A stretch of 64,000 nt of DNA from Gonapodya sp. JEL0774. Taxonomy: Eukaryota. How positions within the stretch are numbered: position 1 is the first letter of the stretch; every line of letters begins with the position of its first letter. The notes beneath the pieces are model-generated. The model had not been told where the DNA came from. It was given only the letters and a program-made list of their open reading frames with translations, and made no database searches. Made by a program: the position numbers and the translations under genes. Where the stretch lies: assembly GCA_027604505.1 (NCBI GenBank), contig JADIIX010000002.1:310001-374000 (forward strand), given 5' to 3'. Below, one piece after another: positions 11,776 to 24,716 of this stretch.

Positions 11776-13146
11776 TCATGCAAACTTGTATGTCCCTTTC
11801 ACTCGACTCAGAATCCAATCTTTCACTGTGATGCCCGCCTCCCCGATGTTCTCTGTCCCCGCCTTTTTCCAGTTCGCGACCATGTCCTCGACAAATGTGG
11901 TCTCATCTCCTCGCGCTGCTTTCGCACCGCTGTTCTTCAGTCGTATCTCCTCCAAAGCTTGAAATTTGTCGAGACGCTTCGAGGTGGTTATTGGTTTTAT
12001 GAGAGTCGATTGATCAGGTTGCGTGAAGTACGCGATCGAGTACCGGCGTCTGCCACGATCGATCCCAGGGGCGGGTGCTACGCGATGGAGGGTGGAGAGA
12101 AAGTATCCTCGGGTTTGGAACCTTCCAGAGCCGGAGTGATGCGAGAACAATTCACCGGGGGAGTCTAAACCTACATCTTACATCGCATCTGTTTCGATCA
12201 TAGAACAACTCACTCGGTAATGTCACTGATGTTGATGAGGATTGCACCAGGTTTTGACGGAACCCACTCCCAGCGATTGGTCAGGGGCGAAAGAACCTGA
12301 AGACCGAGTGGACCATCTGGTTCGGTAAACAACACCGTCATTGTGCCGAAGTCACTGTGGGCTGCCGATCTAGGATTGAGGTCTCATTTCTCGTTGGAGG
12401 GTCATCAAAAGTAAATCACCTCCACAACGAATGACCCCGTTTTCAAGTTCGTCGTCAACTTCGTCCTCCTCTACGGGCGGATAGTGAAGGACGCGTAAGG
12501 TGCCGTTGTGAGAACCATCTTTCCCGCCAAACTGAGATACAAAGTACTGAAAGATATCAAGCAGGATTGTTTACTCTGACAACAGCAGAGAAATATTCGA
12601 CACTCGAGCTCACGTCCTCAGGTACTTCAATCACGAGTGCCAGTGCGCGGAGAAGCTTGTGGACAACGCCCATCGCAGCATCACTGAACTTCATAACCAG
12701 CTCTTTGTTTCGCTGGAAGATGAGTGGGTGAGGATGATCGAAGGTTTTCTTGTCTGGGAACATGAGGATGTTGTAGCCTTCTTTGGCATCAGGAACCTTT
12801 CGCTTCCTGTCGAGCACTTGTCCGTTCAGAGTTGTATAGCCCTGGTTCGTTGGGCCTAATTTAAATGCTTCCTTGTCCTCCAGTGGCTCATCGAAAAATG
12901 ACTTGCCCAGAAGAAACGTTTCACTGATTAATTCCGGAGGGATGCCTTAAAATGTACATCAGACGGAGACGGGGGTTGCGAGTGATGGATGCTCTCTTAT
13001 GAAAACGTACCGTGATCGACAAGATAAAAGAAACCGATGCCGTGACATGCTGCGTCCAGCTCTCGAGAAATCTGGACTTTTCGTTCTTCGAAATTGTCCA
13101 GAGAGATTTCTGGAATATCGAGTGTCTCGATGGTAAGAGCCGGCAT
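11776..13146 (-). CDS. 2-oxoglutarate/Fe(II)-dependent dioxygenase (IPNS/DIOX_N family); start may extend to ATG 13263
   Basis: IPEISL..ACHGIGFFYLVDHG, LRVLHYPP, HSDFGTMTVLF (HxD), GLQVL, STLHRV, RYSIAYF (RxS). Confidence 0.92.
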
Positions 13147-13358
13147 GGATCGCTGTGAGCACTACAATTATAAGCGTGCAAGCGTGTAAGCGTGGGGGGC
13201 GATCGCCGATGACTTACTGTGTATGACGGGTGATACCAAGTCAACGATCGCTGTGGCCATCATTCGGCGGAATCGGAACTTACTTCATCGACAATCAATT
13301 ATTATTTCATTTACAAACGACGAAAATAGTATACAACGAACTATTATAAAATGATGCA

Positions 13359-16300
13359 TCATGCCAGCAACGAATTGAAGTCCAGTCCATATTGGTGGCG
13401 TACACGTGTTCGAATCTGCAACAGTTCCGGTTCGGGTTGCGACAATGCGCGCTCTGTTCCAGGATCCGTTGAATCTATTTTAGCGAGATTTTCACCGAGC
13501 AGCATGTTCGATGAAACGCCTTTTTGACGCTGAGCGGACATAAATCGGGGACTGGATCGTTTGCTGTGGCGCTCTTTCGATTCACGAGTATTTCGATCCA
13601 TGGGGGTGAGGATTCGATTGGAGGTGGGAGTCTTTTGAGTGGGTGTGATATGATAGGCCCTTTGAGGAATAGACTGTTGCTTGGTGGGGGTCGCTAGTGT
13701 AACTTTTCGCGAAGTGACCGTAGGGGATTCGTGAAATCGCCGGCTGGACAGACGCCGTGCTGGCTCTCCCTCAATTGAATGTCGCCCGAGCTTTGATGAT
13801 GAAGAGACTTTTCCGACGGGTGTGGGTGGTATCAGAATCTGTTATTGCCAAAATTTAGCAACGGGATCAACCGTCCAAGAAACCTGAGTGACGGGACAAA
13901 TACCTGCTCATCTGGGGGATCCGATGAAGGGAAAGTGACAGCTTTCCTCTTCTTCTGATCAAAAGTATTGGTAAATTCTACGTGCACGTGCAGAAAACGC
14001 AACAAAACAGAGTCATTTAGTTCGACGGAAAAAGTGAACTAAATTGTTCATCACTGAATTCCTCACGCACCTTCCCGTTCGTTGTTCTCTCGCTTGCGTT
14101 TCAATCGTAAAGCAGGCAGCTTCGAGCTGTTGGCGTCAAGTACTTTGGAAGACTTCGCGCGCTTCTTCCTTGCGCCTTTTGGTTGCACAAACTCGGTCAG
14201 AGCGAGCGCCCCAAACTCTCCCCTCAGCATCTTCCCTGCTCGCAACGATCGCAAGCCCTTTCTCTCCACAAGACCATCCCCTCGCCTCGGCCCATCATCC
14301 AGTTCATTTTTAGAGCTCCCGCGACTTTCTGTCCGTAGGGTGGTTTGGAATTTGTAGGATGCGGACAAGGACGCTGAAACGACACGGTCTGTGGAGGATA
14401 AGCTCGGCTGATTTTGCCGGTGACCTTGAACAAGGGGAAAACGCAAGGAACTGGCGTTCGATCCTCGACGCCGAAGTTCGAACGTCTTTTGCGGGCGATC
14501 GGGGATATCGTCAAAGTCTGTCTCATCGAATATGGGTTGGGACAACTTCCTCTCCGTAAGATCCTCTGCATTAGTGAATTCAGAATCCTGGGGGTCTTCT
14601 GACCCAAGGGATTCGAAGATTCGGGGTGCGATTGGTGAGGCAAAGTCTAATCCATCGACACCATCCGCAAGGCCAAAGATTGCTTCGACGTCCCGACTAA
14701 TACACTCAACAATCCCGGTACCAATCGGATCTCTTCCCTTAGTGAAGTCGCGGAACCAAGCCAAGCATGTCTTGATTAGTGAGTGAAGTGATCCGATGCT
14801 TGATTCGTTCTTCTCCTGGTCACCTTCCTCGTCATTTGCAAAGGCTGTCTCCCCGGGACCATCGTCCTTGGCGTCCGCGGCGTCCAATATCTTGCGCAAA
14901 TAGATCCGCACACGATACAGGTAAGATTCAACACGCGCCGCTCGACCATCCTCCCGTGACCATCCGATTGGCACGGCGGGTGTGCCGGGAGTAACCGGCA
15001 AAGGATCATGGAGGGTTGGAAGCGAGCATGCGGTAGCAGCGTGAACGCCTACCATGTAAATGTGCAGGAAAAGTTGAGCTTGCAGGCTGGATGATCGAGG
15101 GAGGTGAACATGTGGAGTTACAGCCGCACATACACACATGTGGACCCACCTGCCCTTCGCATTTCCTTCAGTTATCATTCGCTCGCACTCTATCACACTC
15201 AACGCTTGTAGAGGGTTGCTCCTCTTCAGTGGTGTTTCCTTGGCATCGGCATCATTTCCTTCGGCTCCCCCTGTCCCCAAGACACAGTTGCGAATAAACT
15301 CGGCTGGGTCCCACTGTGCATCTTCGAGATGAGTGTCGCTATCAGCAACCAAGGTCTGCTGGGAATCTTCACCAGGAAAGCGAGCGGTAACTCTTCTCAT
15401 TATGTAAGACAAGCTAGCATCCAAGGCAGAAGGTGAAAGCTTATCACCCGCCCACACATGTCACCTTTAGCGATTCGGAAATACGCAACAAAACCCGGAA
15501 GAGAATACGTACTGTCCCGCGACATACACCATCAAATACCTTCCACACTTTTGCCATCGCCAGCGCTAAAGTCGGTGGTCCGGATGAGAAAGCTTGGACT
15601 TCGGACACCATTGCACTTCCATTGAACTCAATTGCTTGGTCTATCTCTGCTCCCTCTGGCGACTCAGCTTCTGTCCTCACGTCATCCTCATGTATCAGTT
15701 TCGAGGTATCTTCCAAGTTTGGCGGCACAAGATTCCCTGCTTTCTTTATTGGTTTCCTGTGCTTCAACTTCTTCGATAGTTTGCCGATCTGGTGTACATC
15801 TTCCTCCCACAAGGCCCGCATCGTTATCCAGTCTAAAGTCACGGCTTCTTCGTCGGGTTGTGACATGGTTCTGTCCGCGTTCGACGATGTGTGGAGCAAT
15901 CCAGTGACGTATTTGGTTGGAACTGACCTCAAAACTGCAGATTCCCACGGTTCTGGCGAAGGAAAAACCATGATGAAACCCGCAGCTGCGGTACTTTGAG
16001 CTTCAGATGGATAAGCAGCGCAGAGCAGTGCGCAAGAGGTGCGTTTCAGCGATGCGAAGAGAGCTGAGCAAAGCACGGACACAGTGTTGGAAAGTTGGAG
16101 AACGAGGGGAGAGTTCTGAGGAGGCATTATCGATGTCAGCCGCGGCTCATTACAAAGAAGTTGCAACGAGTCCAAATTCCGAATCGGTACGCGACGCAGA
16201 GGTCTTAGCCGGAGGAAAGGGGTTGTATCCGTTGACGAATTGCATAATGGAGCGGAAGCGACCACTGTGGAACATGCATCGAAGGCATGTCCATCAGCTG

Positions 16301-17790
16301 GCGCAGGGACACTGCTGTTCTTTGCCGATGCCGGTGAATCATCAAAAACCACATCCCAGCCATTCCACAAGACAGAGGCTTTGAGGGCTTCACCGGCTCG
16401 CCGTCTCCGCCCTGTGAGGCACAGGCGGCCCCACTCTGAATTTCCAGCAAGCGGGAGGAGAGAGCAAAAGTAGGTTTTGAATCGAAGGAGAGCAAGTCGT
16501 GGTAGGAGAAGAGACTGCAGTGTGAGAGATGTACCGGAGAGGGAGGCAAGCAGAGCGGAAAGCTGCGACTATTAACAGGTAGAAATAAGCTCAGCCACAT
16601 CACTTAGAGCAAGAGACATCGTCCGCACCTTCACCCGCCTTTCAGCTGTTCTGTTCACGGAGGGTTGGTTTGTTCCCAAATCCTGTCTGGCAGGTATTTC
16701 CCACCCTGCTAAGTCCACCCACGATACGCCAACGCTAATTTCTGCGCATCGCGCCCAGAGTTCGCCGCTCTTACCGAGCAGTGCGTCCTGAACGCGATCT
16801 AGATGACTGTCCAGTTGAGCATCCATGTCAATGATGAGATTGTCGGAGCGGCCTGTAATCCAGTGAGAGAGGGTATGAGCGGAAGGCAAACGGCTTAGGA
16901 GGAGAACGCGTGATGACAGGGGGATCGGGGTAGGTGGATGGTGCGCCGAAGCGAGCAAAGGTAACAACTGGTCGTGATGTGGAGTGAGCGGCACACGAAT
17001 TAAATAAGCAAACAATACCAGCGTAAAATATCACTGATATCTCTCTCACCTGCAGACGTTTTCCTTTTCGACCCACTCCTGTTCTAAACCCGCCATTCCC
17101 TCCACCTGAGGGGACGTCAGCAACACCGTGCCACTCCCAGTCCACGGTATGCAAGACAGTGCGAAGAGCGTGGGAGATTTGTGTTATCGGTGGCAGTGCA
17201 TCGGAATGGCCTGTCGACTTTGCTTCCTTCGTGCCCGTTCTGCCCCACCTTCCAGCAGCAAGAATCGCCTCCGCTTCACTCCTGACCGCTTGATCAATCC
17301 ACAGCACAAGATACTTTTTGATAGCCGATTCATCAATCGGAAAAACCGGCGAGATCGCGATGTTGGCAGGGTGTTGTGCACGGGATGCCGGATGCGAGGA
17401 GAACGTTGCAACCGCAAAAAGAGGTGGATCATCCCGGGAAGGTGCCGATGCGAGAAAAAATTTCAGAATCGGTACGATCGCTTGACATGCGACGGAGGTG
17501 AAGGGGGTGATTTCGTCTTGCGCCGGTGTGTCAGGTCCATTGTCCTCACAGGTTGGATGGTGGAAAGTCGAGGCTGAGTAGCCGTCCAAATCAAACGTAT
17601 CTCCCCGAATTCTGCCTCCATCTTTTCTCTGCCGCGCCGGAACCGCCGGCACCTGGGCTCTGCGCGAGCTGGAATCAAATCTCGACAGTTGAGAGTGCAC
17701 CCACTGCTCGGCGGCCTCGGCCACATCCACCAGGAACACGGTGAGACGAGAATGTGGTCCTAATGGTGCCGAGTCGGTGGGTTCCGGCAT
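13359..17790 (-). CDS. Putative Treslin/TICRR (Sld3-family) replication origin-firing factor with N-terminal CIT-like domain
   Basis: Large multi-exon gene (ORFs 16828-18093, 16572-17015, 15444-16370, 14063-15457, plus last exon 13359-13838). N-terminal blocks LTVFLVDV / HALRTVLHTVDWEW / RVLLLSRLP / VGVSWVDLAGW resemble the Treslin N-terminus as I recall it. LQAQLFLHI resembles the Sld3/Treslin helix. IPPTP..HESP are spaced 32 codons, followed by a TP/SP-rich tail. Confidence 0.6.
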
Positions 17791-18019
17791 GTGCTTGGGC
17801 AGGAAGGTGAATGATGAAATTGACGGGGAAATAAGGGTTCCTCTGCCGGGACAGTACGACATGGGAACAGTCGCATGTTTACATATGTATTTATAATCTA
17901 ATAAGCGCAATAGAAATGGTACAAAGAAGAATAGAGGTAAAAACAAGAAAAGGACTACACTTTCTACAAATTCCATCTTCGAGGGTTCCTCCCATCGCAC
18001 ACAAGCTTCTCTCCCACCC

Positions 18020-19849
18020 TTACACGTTCGTGTCTTTCGTAAGATCCGAACCAATCGAGTGCGTCCTGTCGATTTCCCTCTCGTCCAAAACAATCCGACG
18101 GGACTCTGAAGTATAGAACCAAGTCAGTACATGCGCGGTGAAGTGGAATGCGCAGAGCAGGATCAAGCCGTTCAGAAGGGTGAGGTCCGGTTTACGAAGG
18201 GCAGATACTGCGAGGATTTGGACAATTGCTATGAGCTGGAGGTCGGGGTGAGTGGAAAGAATCACGGACCCAGATATGAGGGGAACAAACTTACAACTTG
18301 TCCTGAAGAGAGTATGCCCGTTGAAGTCGACTCTCCCACGGGGAAGGTGCACTTAGGGACGTTGTGATATGAATATCGTGTCGGTGACAAACCTTGTCGG
18401 GGAGCGTCATTCTTGCAGAAGAAGAGCTCACCTCAGCACCCAATTCCATTATCAAGGGCATGGTCGGGAATCCACCACCACCGTACACCGCAGCAGCCGC
18501 AAACACGAGCTCAATCGACCGAATTGACACGCCAACTGCGAACATGATCACACCAACAACTGCCACAAACGAGAGGACTTTGAGGGAGGTTTTGTGGCGG
18601 TGGATGCGATCCATGAGGATGCCGTTGAGGAGGGCCACAACAATACCCGTTCCGATAAATATAGCTCCCACTGTGCCAGCGTCACTCTCGGAGAATCCGT
18701 AAGGGACCAGGAAGTCTGCCAGGAATGTTTGCAAGGTCGTAAAGGAAGCAACCATTACGGAAAAGGTGCCAAGCAGGAGTAGAAATTGCGGGTTTCGCAA
18801 CGCATCCTTGGCGCCTTGCAAAAAGTTCTCCTTGGGCTTGGCAGCGGACAAAGTGGGAGGGGTTGGGGGTTTGTCGCGGGTGAAGAGGGCGAGCACCGAA
18901 CCAGCGGCGCAGATTATGAAGACGACCATGTTGAGGGTGGCAACTTGGGACGGATCGTCGCCCACGATGGCGGGAGCGGTGAGGTAAATTCTGTGCATGT
19001 TCGTGTAAGGAAAATACCAGTCATTTGCGGTTCCATTGCTTTGCGTGATGGTAAACATACTCACATTCCGAGCCCAATAGGATTGCCGAGGTTCGCAACA
19101 GTGTTGGCTGTCGTGCGCTCTCTCTCCCCAAACCATTCACCGGCAAGCTTCGTGCATGCATTGAGGGTGAGTGGCATCGAGAAGGATGTGAGAATTTCGC
19201 CGAGAACCGCCAAAATGTAGGAGGTCGACCTGGCGGCCGCAAAATTGCCAATGAAAAGCAGAAAGGTGCCAGATGTGGTCAGGCCAGCGGCGAGGAGACA
19301 CTGGTGATGTGTAAACGTCATAAGGTTGTGTGAGTCAAAGTTCGGTTCAGAAGCTTCTCCTGGGCTTGGCGTAACAGGGTGCAAAAGCAAACAACAACGG
19401 CAAACCCACCCCAAACTGGTACTCACAGATATTCGAAGCCCACGGTTCTCTTGTATAATCAATGCAGCAGGAGTTGCCACAACACCAACGAAAGCCTTAA
19501 AATAAGGAAGTTTGCAGTAGTTTGACATCGCCTTTCCTGCAGAGATATGTGAAGCAATAGGGGTGCACAGTCGACTCACAGTAATCAGTCCAAACACATT
19601 GATCTTGAAACTGTCAACGTTGTAATATTCGACCATCAGTGGTGTGACACTCGAGAAGTAGAAAGGTCCGACCGCTCCACAACAAAGGTTGAGCACGAAG
19701 AGGATGAAGAGCATGAACCATCTGCTTTTGTACAGTTTTCGACTTCCATCGGTGGAATCGATCACGTTCTTGTTGTCATCACGTTGATTGCCAGTTGTAA
19801 AGAACGGTGCATCAGATCTCTGGGAGGAGGTGACGGACGCCGCAGACAT
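18020..19849 (-). CDS. MFS transporter, FLVCR/SLC49-like
   Basis: KLYKSRWFML, TKLAGEWFGERERTTANTV..GNPIG, KPPTPPT, GILMDRIHRHK, MELGAE|CTFPVGESTSTG. Multiple hydrophobic TM segments; the last exon ends DLTKDTNV* at 18020. Confidence 0.9.
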
Positions 19850-20113
19850 TTCGAATCTGCCACTAATGTCTGTTGAATCTGGAAGATGAAGAAATCACAA
19901 ACTTCCAGCACCAGAGGCGGGAGCCAAAGTTGGAGCGGAAAATGGGCCTTATCAAATGCCGAGGTCTGGCGTGGGGCGAAGATCAAAACCTGAACGATGA
20001 AGGATACACCGACCGCCCCACTGCCGAAAAATTTGCCGGTCCAAGATCAACTTGTTACAAAGTTCACTGAATACATAGTTTCTACTTTACGGCCGCATTT
20101 TCCTGTCTGAATA

Positions 20114-23029
20114 ATGTGTGCCGACCAAGAGGCAGAGCGGCATCTCTCGGAATCTCCGCTTCGCACCGATGGCCGGTGGTTTCGGGATCATCTGGGTCGT
20201 GCTCTGCTTCTGCGAGGCGTGAATCTGTCAGCAAATGCCAAGCTACCTTATGACCCTCTTACACCCTCCCACATCAGTGACCATTTTTTCGATGGTAGCA
20301 ACGTATCGTTTGTGGGAAGGCCGTTCCCACTCGCGGAGGCAGACATGCATTTTGAGCGACTGAAAAGATGGGGATTCAATTTCCTACGATTCCTTCTCAC
20401 ATGGGAAGCATTGGAACACAAAGGACCGTGAGTGTTTACCATGGAAGTTAGTGTCCAGCAACCCTGACAACGTAACAACAATGTTACAACTTACAGGGGT
20501 TCAATTGATCACGATTATATTGATTACGTTGTTGAGGTGCTCCGAAAAGCTAAGATACACGGATTTCGATGTTTCATCGATCCACATCAGGACGTGGTGC
20601 GTTCTGAGATTTCACTCATGTTGATTTGCAGGCTCATTAGCACTTCATCACAAACCACAGTGGTCACGTTTTACAGGGGGTTCGGGTGCTCCTCTGTGGG
20701 TATTAACAGCAGCAGGATTGGATCCCACGCAGTTTGCACCCACCGAAGCAGCAATCGTACACAATGTGTGGAACGGTGGTGGGAGAAGCGATTTCCCCAA
20801 GATGATGTAGGCGTCCCGTTCCCCAATTCTCTCTTGCACAGTCCATTCACCTTGCTTCATGATTCATATATCAGCTGGCCCACAAATTACAGCAAGCTCG
20901 CCTGCGCATCAATGTTCACCCTGTTTTTTGGTGGCTCTGTTTATGCACCGCTCCTCCACATGCCGTCTCCCACTTCCCACAGTACCTTCCGTCCCTCACC
21001 CCTCTTTCCCACCGGAAATGTCAGCCGCAACCTCGATACGCCCCTCCTCGTCTCGATTGAAGCGGGTCTCCAACATCACTTTATGTCCTCTTTCTTCCAC
21101 CTTTACGCGGCCATTGTATCCGCTAACCTCACTCCATCCTGCGTCGTTGGCGTTGACCCATTCAACGAGCCCCATCATGGCTTCATCGGTCTCACTTCCA
21201 CTACAATTCTCGATCCTCGTGCAGATGTTCGCAACGGAAGTACACCAACCGCGTTACAGGCTATGGCCTTGGGAGCAGGGCTCCCCGCTGACGTCGAGCA
21301 GTGGAAACTCGGGCCGTTGGGCTTTCTTAAAACAGGTGTCAAACGAATCGACCCAGCAGGAGCCACGTGTTGGAACCCCGAGACGCGCCCAGGTGGCCTT
21401 AGCGGCGGCTGCATTTGGCGCGCTCATGGCGTGTGGGAACCGACTGATGGCAAGGGTTACCGCGCACTCAGACCAGACTACTTCGCCTTGGATCCACGGA
21501 CAGGGAAGCCCGCGCGCTTTGTGGAAGACTTTTGGAAGCCGTTTGTGCGAGCATTTGGACATGGTATAAGGCAGTTGGACTCGTACGCCGCAATATTCCT
21601 AGAGCCCCCTGTGAATACACAACCTCCAATGTGGGGCACGGATGAGTTCGCACCTTCAACAGCAGAAGCCGCTGACAGCTCAGAAGTTGGCGAGGGTGAT
21701 GTAGTGGCTCCAGTGTCATGGTGGAGATCTGTCGAGGGAGGATTGCAAGTACCTGGTTCAGGGAATGACCGAATGACTTTCTGCCCACATTATTACGACG
21801 ACGTAACACTAGTGGGTGCTACGATTCGTAGCCTCGGTTATAAGCTGCAACATTGACAGTAATATTCACCTACAGGGATTCAAAGAATGGAATCCGCGAT
21901 TCTCCGTCGATTATCTCAACTATGTTCGAGGCAATTACTCGTTCCTTGGAGCTGTTCGACTTGGTGTCGCAGCCAAACGGCGAATGTTCCGAGAGGTGAT
22001 GGATACATTGCGGGATGAGGGTCAGAACTTCCTGGGTAAGTCCGTGCAGACCAAACTATTTCAAGGACTGAGCTTCTGATCACTTATCCATCTCCAAACA
22101 CAGGATGTCACCCCACCGTCATTGGCGAGATTGGTGTCCCCTTCGACTTGTTCGAGGGTAAATCGTACAGTACACCGTACCCACATAACTACCGCGACCA
22201 AACTGAGGCTCTCGACTACAACCTCGCCGCTCTCGAGCACGCCCTTGTCGACTTCACGTGGTGGTGCTATACTCCCGATAATACTCACAAGTGGGGGGAT
22301 GGGTGGAATGGGGAAGATTTGAGCGTGCTGTGTGCAGACGAAAGGAGCGAGGGGCGAAGAAGGATTGCGGCACATTCAGGGAGAGAAGATTCGGCCGCCC
22401 CCGAGGGAGACAGCACGACCAGCGTCATTGCTGTTCGGAGAGCTATGCGGAGCAAGATTACTGAAGTTTCACAATCTGCAGCGACGATTCGCGAAGCGGC
22501 CAGTTTGTCCATTGATGATCTCGACGAGCTTGACCTCGGGGGCCGCGCTTTGGATTCTCTGATACGACCATACCCCATCGCCACCCCTGGGGACCTCGAG
22601 ACGGTCTCGTTCGTCCCAAAAACTCGTCTTTTCCGTTTCGTCTACACCCACCCGGGCGTCCTTGAGTCTGGAGACGCCGCAGATCAGGTAGCGGAAATCT
22701 TCATGCCTCGATGGCACTACCCTGACAAACGGGAAGTGAATGTGAGAATCTCCGCAGGAACATTCGAATGGGTGGAAACCAAGGATGACGGAGATCCTGA
22801 GGGCATTTTGCCGTGGGACGAGATGGTACCGGCGTGGAAGGGAGTTGGTGGTGGGCCGCGCTTCAGGTGTAGTGCCGGAGGGGTGAGAAGAATAATTTGG
22901 AGATGTGGATGCTGGGATAAAAACATTGAGGAGAGATCAAAGTGCCATGTTGCGAGAGTGAAGCATGAGATGGTTATTTCCGTGGTGACGGAAGATGAGG
23001 GTTCCGGTGGGCTTTGCAGAATTTGCTAG
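20114..23029 (+). CDS. GH5 endoglycoceramidase-related glucosylceramidase / steryl-beta-glucosidase (EGCrP/Egh1-like)
   Basis: GRALLLRGVNLS, SFVGRPFPL, TWEALEHKGP, IDPHQDV|WSRFTGGSGAP, acid/base FNEP, PHYYD, nucleophile IGEIGVPF, WGDGWNGEDLS, RPYP. Confidence 0.93.
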
Positions 23030-23160
23030 TGCTCACTTGGATTCGGGAAATGTTCTTACGTTCCTCTATTTATGATTTCTTACTGTAAGCTCTAAAACTA
23101 CCCACATTGTCTAGCATTTAGTTTGTCTATACTTATCGTCTACCTTTTAACTCTAACAAT

Positions 23161-24591
23161 CTAGATCAACAAGTTTGCACGAGGCTGTTCCCGCACAAAC
23201 ACGGTGTACGTGAATTTCTGTGTCACGACGTCTGTCTTATCGTCATCGTAGGTAGTGGCGTCTTTCACTGTTGCCTCTCCTGCTCCAAATATGGCCGCGG
23301 AGAGCACGCTGCTTCCGTGTCCACACTCATCCACTTCTTCATCCCACAGCACAATAAATCCCCTTTTAGCCATCTCCTCCCTTGCTGCCTCTGCCTCTCC
23401 CTCGTACCTACTCCTTCGCGGTGTGATAAGATGGAACTCGGCACCGGGCACTGTCGAGAGTAGTCTATCGACAGCACGCGAGACAAGATACGGGTGACGA
23501 GGATGGAAGAGTACATCACATGCGAGAATGAGCGGTGCGGAGTGTGGCATTACGGGATCAGCAGCGCAGTGGGGCTGTTCTGAGCTGGGAATCTCTTCCC
23601 AGTCCGCACGAACGACGGTGACCGAGTCCGCGGCACAATTGAGACGAGTGTTGGATTTCGCAGAGGTGATGACGGCGGCGTTGAAGTCGGACATGATCAG
23701 TGGTTGGACGTGGGCGAGGAGATGGAGTGATATGCCACCAAGGCCAGTGCCAGAGCCAAGTTCAAGGGTGGGAGTTGCGGTGAGATGGGAGGTGGAGAGG
23801 AGGTGGGCGCGGAGGGATGGACGAGTGTCGAGGAGGCTGGTTGATGGGTTCAGAGAGGTGAATACACACATGAACACCGATTGGTGGATCACAATTCGTT
23901 AGCGATAGCAATGAGCGACGTGCATTCAACCCATCAAAAGTTTTTTGTAGGTCCACAATCTTTTCCGTTTCGTTCATGCTGACTCACTTTGCAAAGGCGA
24001 CTGACGCCCCCCAGGTCATGGAGCCAACGTCTCCCGAGCACCACGTCGGCTCATTCAGATGCAGCGTCGTGTGAGTTTTCGGGAAGTGGAATCGCCTCCG
24101 GATAGGTCCGGATGCTTTGAACATTGGCTGTCACATGCCACGGTAGAAGCACAATCCATTTGGACGCGATTGCCACACTCACAACCCTTTCCGCTCATAT
24201 TAGCGATGATCATCGCTATCCGTTCCACCAAATCGTCACTGGAGTCGTCACCACAGGTGCTTCCATCTTCTTCCTCTGTGCCGTATCCATCGTCCCTGCC
24301 TTCCAGAGCAGCATCACCACCCTCGCCCAATTTCTTCACAAGCCAGCTGACCGCTTGAGCCTGAACTCTGACAAGGATATTTTCAGCACATTGTCGCTCC
24401 TTCGGCGACGCCGAGTTTACGCCAAAGACGTGGCGTTCCAAGAACCCTTCTAAAAAGTTGACGACATCCCGCGTCCCCACCGCCAAAAGGCTCTTTGGAG
24501 GGTAAAACAGCACCGACAGAAATCGATCGCAGTCCGCGTCCGCGTCTTCTGTCAAAGCCAGAGACGGACGGACGCGGGCTGATACACTCAT
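23161..24591 (-). CDS. SAM-dependent protein methyltransferase (Methyltransf_16 / METTL21-EFM family); start uncertain (24591 or 24696)
   Basis: GDVGSMTWGASV, motif I LELGSGTGLGGI, post-I MSDFN, ADWEE, motif II ILACDVLF. Confidence 0.85.
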
Positions 24592-24716
24592 TTCTCTTTT
24601 GGCGACCAATACTTCTGTGGCCTCGCTATCATCATTGGACAACTCTTGGGTGGTACCGAACTCAATGCGTCTTTCAAATGCCAAACTATCAATCATCGCC
24701 AGTCGTTTTGCACACC

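Noticed and set aside
17791..18019. E2F or MCB cell-cycle element upstream of the Treslin-like gene
   Set aside because: Only an imperfect TTTCCCCGTC (minus strand, about 17822-17831) is present, with no exact TTTSSCGC or ACGCGT.
17791..18093. N-terminal extension with a TM-like segment on the 421-aa ORF (16828-18093)
   Set aside because: It overlaps the MFS stop and the AT-rich intergenic/3' UTR region. ATG 17790 is the more plausible start.
18131..18367. Plus-strand Cys-containing small ORF that looked like a separate gene
   Set aside because: It lies antisense to the last exons and intron of the MFS transporter, which explain the sequence.
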